Positions 24,875-36,769 of a DNA stretch of 64,000 nt are shown here, piece after piece (position 1 is the first letter of the stretch; every line of letters starts with the position of its first letter). The translations under genes and the position numbers were made by a program. The notes under the pieces are model-generated. The model was not told the DNA's origin. It searched no databases and worked only from the letters and a program-made list of their open reading frames with translations. The stretch is from positions 65,534,001-65,598,000 of the forward strand of contig CM060733.1 in assembly GCA_030704615.1 (NCBI GenBank), written 5' to 3'. The DNA is from Takakia lepidozioides (lineage: Eukaryota > Plantae > Bryophyta).

Positions 24875-26590
24875 GACACAAAACCAATGGCCAGCTTCTC
24901 ACTGTGGTGGCAAACAGAAAATTCCTTTTCCTCCTCCCCCACATCATGCAATACAAAGCGCATGTCTTTGTCCTTAATTCTGGGATGTCATCTACAGCGA
25001 AGGTGTGCACCCTGTTGCCAACCTCAATGCAGCAGCGACCTGGCTCCTTTCTAACCCCTCTAACCTTCATCATTCTTCTCACCTTTGCAGTATTATCCCA
25101 CCTACCAGCTGCAGCATAGATGTTTGATAGCAACACATAAGTCGCGGCATCCTAGTGTTCATCCCATTTGAGGATAGATGTTGCCGCACGTTCAGCCATC
25201 TCCACATTGCCATGGATTCTGCAGGCACCAAGCAAGGCCTTCCACACCACAACGTCTGGATTGATTGGCATCTTATTAATCAGATCCACTGCCTCATCCA
25301 GTTGTCCCGCACGTCCAAGAAGGTCCACCATACAGCCAAAGTGCTTTACTGTCGGAGTGACACCATGATCTTGATTTCCTTCATTCAGTAGGCTAGAGTG
25401 GCTGCATGCAAAGAGAACACATATAAAGGTGATACTGTCCAGCTTCAAGCCATTCTATTGCATTCCCTCAAATAGTTGCAGGACCTCCCTATGACACCAT
25501 GCTGGGCATATCCTGCGAACATCGCGTTCCACGACACCACATTTCGTCACCATGGACCTCTTTTCCCTTTTCCAGGGCTGCCAGGCTTGCACATGCATTG
25601 CAAACGGAAACAAATGTGATGTGGTCGGGCTTCACCCCTTCCCCCATCATTTGCTCATAGGTCTCCAAAGCCTCCATCCCGCGCCCTTGCTGTGCATACC
25701 CTGCAATCATTGCACTCCACGACACCAAATCTTGTTCAGCCATACTGTCAAACACTCCCTCCGCATCCTCAATGCACCCAGATTTTGCATACATGCCTGC
25801 GAGGATATCGTTCAGAATCACATCTGGTACAATTCCAGCTTTTGCGATACAACCATGCACCTCTTTGCCCTTTTCCAGGGCTGCCAGGCTTGCAAACGCA
25901 CAGATGTGATGTGGTCGGGCTTCACCCCTTCCACCATCATTTGCTCATAGGTCTCCAAAGCATTCGTACCACACCCATACTAGGTAAACCCCGCCAACAT
26001 TATATTCCACGTGATCAAAGATGGTTGAGGCATTCCGTTGAACACTTGGTGAGCATCCATGATGCTCCTGCACTTAACATACATGTTGACAAGGGTGTTG
26101 AGTAGTTTGCTAAATCCACTTTGGATAGTGAGTGTGCACCTGCTTTCCAGCTTCAAGGCCTTTCATCTTGCACCTATGCAAGAGACAGACATGCGTATCT
26201 GAATATGCTGAAATGCCTCCTTGAAAACTGCCTTTGCATCCTTAATGCACCCACATTCGGCATACATGTCCACCAGGGCATTGTTCAGAATGACATCTGG
26301 TACAATTCCAGCTTTGACAATGTCGCCATGGGCCTCTTTGCCCTTTTCCAGGGCTGCCAGACTTGCACACGCATTGCAAACGCAAACGAACGTGATGTGG
26401 TTGGGCTTCACCCCTTCCCCCATCATTTGCTCCTAGGTCTCCAAATCCTCCACCCAGCATACCCTGCAAGCATCGCGCTCCACGACACCACATCTCATTC
26501 AGCCTGCATATTGTTGAAAACTGCCTTTGCATCTTTAATGCACCCACATTTGGCATTTGGGCTTCACCCCTTCGCGCATCATTTGCTCAT
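24875..26590 (-). pseudogene. PLS-E-DYW PPR (RNA-editing factor type) pseudogene with truncated DYW domain
   Basis: PLS motifs; HFGCMVDLLGRAGQLDEA..VVWKALLGACRIHGN (E1); YVLLSNIYAAAGRW (E2); KEPGRCCIEV (PG box); FVLHDVGEEEKEFSVCHHSEKLAIGF (DYW start with HSEK). The sequence then switches to LINE. Stops, frameshifts and deletions. Confidence 0.9.
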
Positions 26591-26604
26591 ACGCATGTAC
26601 CTCT

Positions 26605-28412
26605 GTTTACCAACTTTGAAAGTCTCGAGGCTGAGCCAAACGCCAAGGCCCTTTTGGGGCCTAGTTATTGGGCAAACCACACACAACAGGTTGATGCTTG
26701 TGTAAAGGGATTTCTAGAGGATATCTGGAAAACCCGGATCAATTGTTTATTCCAAGGTAAGTCTTACTACGGGCGTCGGCCCCTGACAAAGGTAGGTTCT
26801 GTCCCTTTGTGTTCCGCTCAAACTGGGCGCGGAGTCAATGGCCACAAGGCTACGGCAAACAACGTCTTAGGAATACTCTCTCTCTCTCTCCCTCCAGACG
26901 AGAGGACTGATTCCCTTGGTCAACTAAGTCTGGGAAAGGCAAAGCTGGTCAGCAAGGCCTCACCTAAAAACACGCAACATGTAATCTGCAACGAACACAA
27001 CACTTGCAATGTTCTGAATCCACCCCACCCACTCATGTCCCTCATGCCAATGGTACCTGCTCCAACATGGCACACCAGCAAGACACACCTTTCAGGATCT
27101 TCTCTCTCTTCTGCCCAAACTGGGCATGTGGTATATGGTCGCAAGGTTGCCGCAAACAAAGTCTTAGAGTACATTCTATCTCTCTCTTCCCTGAACTTGT
27201 TTCCATTCTCTGACATGGGCGAGGACCTTAAGGATGATCTCAAGGGCTTACCTATCCTTGGCACTAGACTGTAATTTAAACTCAGGGCTGGAAGTGTACC
27301 TTTGAACAATAAACAGATACAGAGAGGAAGAAGAGATTGTAAATGACATATGTGCGGGCAGCCTGAAGACAACATCCATTTTCTGATACATTGTCTGGGA
27401 TGTTCTCACCCTCTTCAGGACCCTCGAGAACATTGTCCTTGCACCTCTGTTAACCAACTTCCAAAATCTTGAGGATGAGCCTAAGGCCCTGGCCCTCATG
27501 GGGTCTAATTGCAGGACAGCTCACACACAGCAAGATGATGCTTGTGTGAAGGGCTTTCTAGTGGATATCTGGAAAACCCGAACTAATTGTCTCTATCAAG
27601 GTAAGTCACACTACCGAAGTGAGCCCCTCACAAAGGTAGTATTTGTTCCCTTTTGTTTCGCCCAAACTGGGGTCTATGGCCACAAGGCCACGGCAAACAA
27701 CGTCGTATGAGTACATTCTCTCTCTCTCTTCCTCTCTTACACACCCAGAGTGACACGCAGATGCCTTCCCCATGCATGTCACTGGTAAACGCAGGGCTAT
27801 AAAACTAAAATCAATAACTCTGCAACCAGGCTGTTGAGTTTGCATGTGGACAAGTGCTTCGGTGAGGCAATATACCTGCTGCTGCAGAGATAAGATAAAA
27901 CCTGGTGGGAGCCAATCCCACAAAAGGCTACCCTTGGCACTAAACTGAAATTTAAACCTGGGGCGGGGAGTCTACCTTTGAACAATAAACAGATGCAGAG
28001 CGAAAAAGGGAGATTGTCAATGCCCAATGCGCAGGCGGCCTGAAAACAATATCCAATTTCTCAAACAATGCCTATTCCCAACAGAGAGGGACCCTCTTCA
28101 GGACCATCAAGAACATAGTCCCTGCATCTTTGTTCACCAACGTCAAAATCTCGAGGCTGAGCCTAAAGCCTCGGGGGTCTAATTGATGGGCAGCTCACAC
28201 ACAGCAGATTCATGCTTGTGTGAAGGGTTTTTTAAAGGATATCTGGAAAGCTCAAACTATTGTTTTTTCCAAGGTAAGTCCCACTACCGGAGTGAGCCCA
28301 TCACAAAGGTAGAGTCTGTTCCCTCTTGTTCCACCCAAACTGGGCGCAGGTCTATGGCCAAAAGGCTACGGCAAACATTGTGTTATGAGTATATACTCTC
28401 TCTCTCTCTCTC
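26605..28412 (+). mobile_element. Four 5'-truncated LINE 3' ends in the same orientation, each ending in a (TC)n tail
   Basis: The shared terminus CAAACTGGG...GGCCACAAGGCTACGGCAAACAACGTC..GAGTAC..(TC)n ends at ~26890, ~27187, ~27730 and ~28412. Confidence 0.9.
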
Positions 28413-31400
28413 CCTGTCCTCTAGGAAGCCTATTGACATTGGGTGGACTTGAAACGGGAGTACATTAATGTCTCTGTGACTAAATGCCGGCCTTGTGACC
28501 TCGTGTCCTTGTTTGTTTCGACCTGAAGCGCTTTGCTTCAGGTAAGGTAGTGCATTGGATTTAGTTGGAAAACTTGGGGCCTTTCCCTCTTTAGAATATG
28601 CCTACACGGGCCATTCCCTGCAACTCCCTGGAGTGTGATCTCTGAATGGTAACAAGCGGACTCCTACCGCTTGGGGGCAGCCCCTCCGCCCAAATTGAGC
28701 AGTCGTATGCTATGTCTAGCATACTCGGCACTTGGGCTCGGGTTGGTTCCTGTGCTTAAACTTATGGCCTGCGAAAACAATCAAAAAATTAGCTCCTATC
28801 AACATCAACACTCCTCAGGGTGATCCCTGGGAATTGGTTACTTATGCCAAATCTAGGGCTTCATGTGTAGTTTTTGGGGTGAATCCCAGGATGGACGATG
28901 TGTCCTTTAAAACTACATGCTCTAGCTTAGGCTTGGATTTCATGGCTAATGGTACCATCTCGAGACTTGATAACAGGGGTACGTTGAAGGTTACAATGAC
29001 CAAAAGTGCTTCTAATAGAGTCCCGCATCAATTCAATCTCAAAGAAGTTCGTCCCTTGACTGGCTGGAGAGCGGTCTTAGACATTGGTGATTCAATGGGG
29101 CGCTCTAGGAAGACAACCAAGGGCAACAACTTCAACTTGAGAGTTTCTAATCGGTTTGATGCTCTGGATGAGGTTGAATCCAAACGGCCAGAAGGACAAG
29201 ATGCCCCTAAGTGTACGGAACCTGAACGTCCTGAATCTGAAGGATTTGGTACTCTGAATGGTTTACCAATCCTCAAGGTTTACACAAGACGAACAAATTC
29301 TATACACGGGGTAATTGTCCCCAAGCCGTCAGATGGACAATCTGTCCCTAAGTGTGCAGAGCCTGAACGTCGTGTAACTGAAGGATTTGGTACTCTAAAT
29401 GGTTTACCAATCCTCAAAGTCTACACAAGACGAGCAAAATCTATACACGGGGTAATTGTCCCCAAGCAGTCTGACGGACAATCTGCCCCTATGTGTGCGG
29501 AGCCTGTGCGTCGTGTAACTGAAAGATTTGGTACCCTGAATGGTTTACCAATTCTCAAAGTTTACACAAGACGAGCAAAATCTACACATGGGGTAACTGT
29601 CCCCCCTTTGCAGAACGGTTGGCCGTCCAGGAGCAATCACAAGCTACCTAGACGACAAACAATTCACACGCAAAGGGCTGGCTTGTGGCTGGCCACTTTC
29701 AACTTCTCAGGGTTGACCAACCAAAGGAAACAACTTGAAGTGGGACAAGTTCTTCGGACTAATGATATTCATATCTGTGCTCGGCAAGAAACATGGGAAA
29801 CGTCGGATAAACTTGTTGGAGATGTCATTGGTTATAAATGGGCAGGTAAGATGTGTACTCTTAAGGCAGCCTCTGCCAAACGCGGTCAAAAAGGGGTCGG
29901 ATTCTTTGTCCGTGATTTTTTGTTTGACAATTGTGAAATTATCAACAAGGGTTTCAGGTACGAGCATAGTATCTGGCTAAAACTGAATTTGAAGGGCGGC
30001 ATGAGTACAAAGGACCTCTTTGTTTGGTTGTGTTTACATGCCCACAGAGGGGACCCTTAGTGCTGACGCAGACAAGGCCTTCGAAGATGTAAAGCTGGAC
30101 TGTGCTTCGTTCCTTGCCAAAGGTCAGGTGGTACTATTGGGGGACTTCAATGCCCGGGTGGGCAAAGGGATCCATCAGGACGATATCATTGGACCTTTTG
30201 GTGAGGACGAGCTGAATTCTAATGGCAGACGTTTAATTAACTGTCTAGAAGAGCTTCAGCTTTTGACCTTGAATAACAGGACAAGAGGTGACCAAGTGCA
30301 GTGGACTCGTGAGAAATCCCAAACTGGGGAACGTTCCATTGTGGACTATATCATAATGGACAAAATTTTGTTCCCCCAGTGTGCCAATGTGTTGATCGAC
30401 AGAACTGATATTGGTACCTCTGACCACTTCCTGGTTTGGACTGAGATCAAAAGGTGTTTTCCCACCACCAAGAGATCTGTGAAACGTTTGATTCGGAAGT
30501 GGGGCATAGAAAAATTCCACAATGAGGAGGTCAAGGCTGAGTACGTCCAGGCCTTGCAAGAGGCTCTCCCTCATTTTGTCCAATCGCTCCAAGAACTTCA
30601 GTCACGCTCTGTTAACGCAAGAAATGAAGTCGAAAGAGCAGTGGACTCTTGGGAGAGTTTCGTTTCCTCCGTGGCTGACAAGATCATTGGGAGGAAACTA
30701 ATTGTCTGCGGTAGAGCAGTTAATTGGTGGACTAATGAGATTAAACTCAAGATAGCTGAGAGACGAGCCCTCTATAAAGAGTGCTGCAATTTGGAAACCA
30801 ACAGAGAATTGTGGGCGAGGTACTACCAGCTCCGTAAAGATATCAATCAGCTTGTTAGGTCTCAGAAGAAATTATACTGGGACAAGTTATACAGTGAAAT
30901 AAACTCAAACCACCATGGTGGTAATGACAAGAAATTCTGGTTGGCCCTTCAACGTTTGTACAAGCCGAAAAACGGTCAGCAAGTACAAGCCCTGAAGACT
31001 ACTAAAGGTGCAGTGGTGGCTTCATTGGTTGACATTGTCAAAACCTTTGAAACTCACTACAGTATCATTGGCAGAACTTCTAGGTCTAACAGTGAGGGGT
31101 CTTCTGCTGAATGGAGGGACACAGTTGGAAAAACTGTTCCTACGATTCAAAACAGCCCTGATGAACTGGAGTATATTTCAATGGCTTATAATGCTCCCAT
31201 TAGTTCTTCTGAGATTGTGGAAGCAATTGAACATTTAAATGGATATAAAGCTGGTGGACCTGATGGTATTGTCAACGAGCTTATCAAGCACGGTGGCGAT
31301 CCCATGATAGAGGCCCTAGTTCTCCTCTTTAACCTTATCTAGAAGACTGAAATGATCCCCTTTCGCTGGCGACAGGGGGTCATTGTCAATCTATACAAGA

Positions 31401-33288
31401 AGGGTGACAGAGAAGAACCGGGGAACGACCGTGGCATCACGCTCCTCAATGCTGTTGGCAAGACATTCTGCAGAGTTATAAGTACTCGTCTCAAGGTTGA
31501 TCTGGAGTCTAGAGGTTGTTTCCACGAAGGCCAAGCTGGCTTTCGGCGAAACAGGGGCTGTGTGGATCATATCTTCACTCTAAGCCAGATTATCCAGGGA
31601 AGGAAAAAAGAAGGGAAACCCACTTATGTCTTTTTCCTGGATGTCAAAAAGGCTTGTGACACAGTGTGGAGAGATGGCCTATGGTTCCGCCTCTGGTCTT
31701 GTGGGATCAAGGGAAAGATGTGGAGAGTTGTCCACAACTTGTATGCTCACACCAAAAGCTGTGTCACTGTTAACGGACAGAAGTCCAACTTCTTTGACAT
31801 AGACCAAGGTGTAGCTCAAGAATGTACTCTCTCCCCTTTGCTCTTCAATGTTTTCATCAATCAACTCCTCGAGGATGTGGAAAGTGAGGGATTGGGGTTA
31901 AGGGTGGGTGATACCACCATACCAGCCCTTATGTTTGCGGATGACTTCGCAGGCATAGGGGAGACTCCAACCAATCTCCAGGAGTTGATTGATTGCGCGA
32001 AGAGATACTTTGATCTTTGGGGGCTAGAGGCTAATGTCAGCAAATGTGCAATGGTAGCATTCAACGACAGAGGAGAGGGAGGAAGTGATCTTAAGTGGCA
32101 GTGGGGTAGCCAGGAGATCCCGGTCCTCCCTTCCTACACTTAGCTGGGCGTTGAGTTCTCTACCAATTGTAATTGGGATGCACATATCCGGAAAGTTGTT
32201 CAAACTGGCAAGGGCAAAGCTCTGGGGCTCACTAAATTTTTCCACTGCAGAGGGGTAACTCTAAGGTTAAGAAAACCATGCTTTGTCGCATTATTAGACC
32301 TGCCTTGGAGTACGGATCTGCTATATGGGTTGATAACTCCAACCAGGCTAAGTCTCTAGAATCCATTCAAGTGGGGGTGCTTAAGGAATGTATGTCAGCA
32401 TGCTCCAAAACAGCAAATGTGGTTGTTCGGGGTGAGTTTGGCATTCCATCCTTAAGCTCCCGACGAGATGAATTCAAGGTCAGATGGTGGGGTCAACTGC
32501 AACATATGCCCAACACCAGATATCCTAAGTTAATCGACTCTATATCTTGGAAACAGGACCGCCCTGTCAAACAGGCTAAGTCCTGGCAGAAGAGAGTAGA
32601 AGAGATCCTCAAGGACCTGGACCTGGATCCGCAAGTCTTGACCCTGCTGGATAAATCTGACTTAGAGGTTGTAGTGTCCTCAGCCATGTCTGTTGCCATG
32701 AGATTGTCTGATGAAAATGAAGTTAGGCAGAAAACTTCCCTGAACTTGTTTCCAGTCTGTGACATGGGGGAGGACATCTTGGATGACCTCAAGGGTCTAC
32801 CCACTCTCGGCACTAGACTGAAATTTAAACTCAGGGCAGGAAGCCTACCTTTGAACAGCAAACAGAAGCAGAGAGGAAAGGGAGAGTGCAATTGCCCGTT
32901 GTGTGGGCAATCTGAAGACAGTATTCATTTTCTGATACACTGTTCGGGGTTCTCTCACCAAAGAGACGCTCTCTTCAAATCTATTAAGGGAATTGTGCCT
33001 GTACCCCTGTTTACCAGCTTTGAAAGTCTGGAGGCTGAGCCAAAAGCCCAGGCCCTCCTGAGGCCTAGTTTTTGGGCAAATCACACACAGCAGATTGATG
33101 CTTGTGTGAAGGGATTTCTAGAGGATATCTGGAAAACCCGGATTAATTCTTTATATGGAGGTAAGTCTTACTACCAACGTCAGCCCCTGACAGAGGTAGG
33201 TTCTGTCCCTTTTGTTCCCGCTCAAACTGGGCGCGGGGTCAATGGCCACAAGGCTACGGCAAACAACGTCTTATGAGTACAATCTCTC
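28413..33288 (+). mobile_element. Near full-length non-LTR retrotransposon (APE-RT-CCHC, RTE/RTEX-like) with few inactivating lesions
   Basis: APE: ATFNFSGL, QETW, GVGFFV, YMP, LGDFNARVG, IVDYI, SDHFLV. RT: GPDGI, RGITLL, QAGFR, FLDVKKACDTV, GVAQECTLSPLLF, LMFADDF. C-terminal CPLC..ED.IHFLIHC. Frameshift at ~30020, stops at 31340 and 32141. The ORF ends at 33276, just before a short TCTCTC tail. Confidence 0.93.
29191..29605 (+). repeat. Three in-frame 141-bp (47-aa) tandem repeats in the LINE N-terminal region
   Basis: Units start at 29191, 29332 and 29473 and encode xGQxxPxCxEPxRxxxExFGTLNGLPILKVYTRRxxSxHGVxVP. Confidence 0.95.
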
Positions 33289-35751
33289 AAAACACGCCAT
33301 TCTGCCAAAACTGAACACGGGTTCTGTGGCCTCAAGGCTGAGGCAAACAACATCTAATGAGATGAGTGCATTTTTCTCTCTCTAAGGTAGGTCCCCTTCA
33401 CGGAATGTGCCTTCCATGATTGTAGCAGCCCCCTGCTCCTCTTCCGCCTCCCCCCTCTTTCCAACTTTTCTGCTCCATCCAAACTGTACGTAGGGGTCTG
33501 TGACCACGAGGCTACACCAAAACATATTATGACCACCTCATGCCTCCAGCGTTTGCCACAGTGTACCGTTCACAGGCACCTGATAATCAAGTAAGCTGCC
33601 CTCAGCCTGGCCTGCCTCAATATCCCATGTATTGTAGGCAGGAAGGAAGTCAAATGTGACCAAACTAAATCTGTAAAGGAAGCCACACTGTATCTGTGAG
33701 TTCAGATATACACGTGGTTACCCTAGTAAGAAACTTTCAGCACAAGCAGTGTTGATCGTACATCTGTCTAGCCCATATGCAACAGAGTCTATACTCCATA
33801 GCCAGAAGGTTTCTCATGCTTATTGCCTTGTCATCTCTCTTGATCCACCAGTTGAGAAGAGAAAAGGATTGACTGCCCATCTGGTCTGCTCTGAGTTACA
33901 ATCAATGATACGGGCAGAGTTCAGATGATGCCTTACTTACGTAGAATACACATGCAGAGCTCCTGACAAAACAGCACACACAAACTCCAGCTGCATCCCC
34001 ACCAGAGACATAACTGAGACATTTTAGGGTTGTGACTGTTTGAAAGACAGCATGCTTATGTCTCACAACAGAACAGCTCTTTCCTATTCTTCATGATCTC
34101 TGGACCCAGGAATAGGTGGTGATCTTCTTTTCACAGAATGTTAGCACCAACACACTGACCAGAACATATATACTTATAAAGCAAGGAGGAGCTACAGGAT
34201 AGGTCACTTGGTATTGCAGAATTAATTGCTGGCAATTCCTTATTTGCGGCTGTGACATTGCATAGACACAAGCCAGGGTCGAAGCTTCCTCTTGAGCTCT
34301 TTCTGTCGTGAACTCCATCATTGGACAGGAAGGGAACAGAATAAGCCAAGTACAACCTCAGATTGTAAACCCACAAAAGATGTTCACAAAACTACAGCCA
34401 CTGTGCTGGGATAAGGAAGGAGAATGGCAAACCAATTCCCGACCATCACTGTCTAAAGTCTCCATCAAGCATCATGACAAAGGATAAGTACGTGTTCAAT
34501 AAACAGAAAGTCAGCAGGGTTGCAGCATGTCAACTGCAGCAGAGCGGAGGAGGCCTGTGTGACATCACAATCAGCCCTTGCCCACATTCTAGAACCAGGC
34601 AAGCAGTGACTACATTGCAAGTAAGCCCGCCCACATATTCAAGAGTCAGTGTAATTAAATAGGTCTAGAGACACTCCCCTGGCCTTGTATGAACAAGACT
34701 GTAAGAGATAAGCTTTATGCAATACCCTCTGGATGCTCTCTTAGTTGTGTGATAGGACTCTCCTCGTTCTCGTAAAAAAACCTTGATAATGGGAAAGGTG
34801 ATCGACAAAAAAATTCAACTCCTTACAAATCCCTGGTGATCCTGGGAGGTTTACTATTTCATGAGCAGAAACCATGAGCCATGAGCCATGAGCCGCATGA
34901 GCCGCATGAGCGGTGAGCCGAAGTCTAAGATACGCGGTTTTCATGAGCGGACTTCTCCAAATTTGGAAATGCGGCAGATTAAAAAAGTATTAAAATACTA
35001 GTTTTTAATTTGACATTGCTGTTTTTGGAAGTTCCAGATCCTATAATGCGGCAAAGATATGTCGTGAGTAACAATTCCGCTCATGGTTTTGTAAATCTGC
35101 TCATGGAAAAACTGACCGTGCAATGAGAAATCCAGTATACCACAGCAAAAAGACGCTGCATACTGGCGTGTATAGAATATTCCGCGGTTTTATATGCCCT
35201 AACATTGGAATGAAGCTGACCCTTCTGTCACGATTGTATGATCCCCATGCAACAACACAGTCTGCAGTGCTTGAAAATTCTTGCTTCTTCCTGCATTCTG
35301 CGGGGGTTTGCCACTCCACTAGGAAATGCGGTGCCGCATTACGGTTCGCACGTGCGAGAATTCTGGGGTTCAGTGTTCTCGACGGTCGGCGCCCTGAAGA
35401 CTCGGTGCGATTATCTTACTATGACCAAGGCTGCAACAACTACCAGTACCTACTACGTTACTTGGAACTGCGGCGCCGCATTTTCTTGCCGGGGGTCGAA
35501 TGAGATAAGCAAAGTTTTGAGAGCAGAAAAATAAGAACCCCCCAAAAAAAAACAAAAATCCAGGCACGTGGAAACAGAAGGTAATGACATAGTATTATCT
35601 TAGTTTGACCAAAATAGGTTACTGGTAGACAAGACATAAGTCAAACCTTTCTGTAGCCAAAGTTAGAGGTACTTGCAGTAGTACAGTTCTACTATAACTG
35701 AAACTCCGAAAAGGATGGGCGTAACATTGTCTTGTGCCCCGCAAGCCAAGC

Positions 35752-36550
35752 TCACTGGTCCCCTGGATCCATATTCAGAAGAGTGTACATCTCGTCGGGG
35801 CTCAACGCTAGTGCATGTATGAAGTGATGAGTTGTGGAATTACACCAGAGGCTCTTTAGGTACACGTAGTACAGATGCTTGCAAGGGCAGTATGATGCCC
35901 CCTTCTTCGCCATGATCTGGAAGTCGGTGCAATTGCAGGTGGGTAATTTCTGAAATGGTGATGGTGTACACCTCATTGCGGACAACTGAGCCTGCCGTGG
36001 CCATCTGATACACACGCCCGAAGCCTGGTGGGGGCATTTATGTTGAGCTTCTGGATTGTATAGTTCATCCCAAGTGCATTCCCCATCCTTGTCTCGTTCT
36101 TTTGAGGGAGGTCGCCGTCTCTTCGGTTTTCCCCAACGGTGTGTAGGATGCTTAGAGTTGTCACATACATTTGTTCTTGCTCTCATAGGGGGGTCGTGGT
36201 GGAGGCTGTGGAACCGGAAATGGTTGTCTGGGGACGTCAGTGCGCTGCACCATCCAAAATCCTGCTGCAGTAAGGGCGTCGGCCTCAACCTGACTCATAT
36301 TGTATCCCGGTTCCACCAGCCACACCGGGGGAGCCTCTGGCACTGCTTGTATGCCGTACTTGGGCTTTCCATAGACACAAGTCATAATGTCATGCCTACA
36401 GAACCAGAACTGGGTCGTCGTCGCCTCCGCAAACTTTGCATGGACAAATCTTCCCGTGAAAGTAGGAGCAGGGACAACCCCAACTGGGTTCCTTCTTATC
36501 ATCTATCCACAATGTTGTCGTGTATCACTCGAATTGCAGAACACTTGCCT
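35752..36550 (-). pseudogene. 3' remnant of the SWIM-containing transposase gene
   Basis: LPTCNCTDFQIMAKKGASYCPCKHLYYV and PAPTFTGRFVHAKFAEATTTQFWFCRH, nearly identical to 1960-2759. The DDE core is deleted. Confidence 0.9.
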
Positions 36551-36769
36551 CATATGGGGTGCCGCAGACTGACACCGAATTTGATCCACTGAGGAGCGAG
36601 TATGGGTGGATGTCAAGGGACGGAACTCCGACGATGCATTTTCGTCCAGGCTGCCATCAACATGTACCCCTTCAGTGGATTTTGGGGAAGTGAGGTGGGC
36701 GGACTGCCATTCGAGCTTGCGGTGGGGACGGTCGTCCCCACTACCACTTACCGGTGCCTTCATGACAAT

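Noticed and set aside
33290-34830. Short ORFs between the LINE and the TIR element
   Set aside because: No motif, splice pattern or internal homology supports them.
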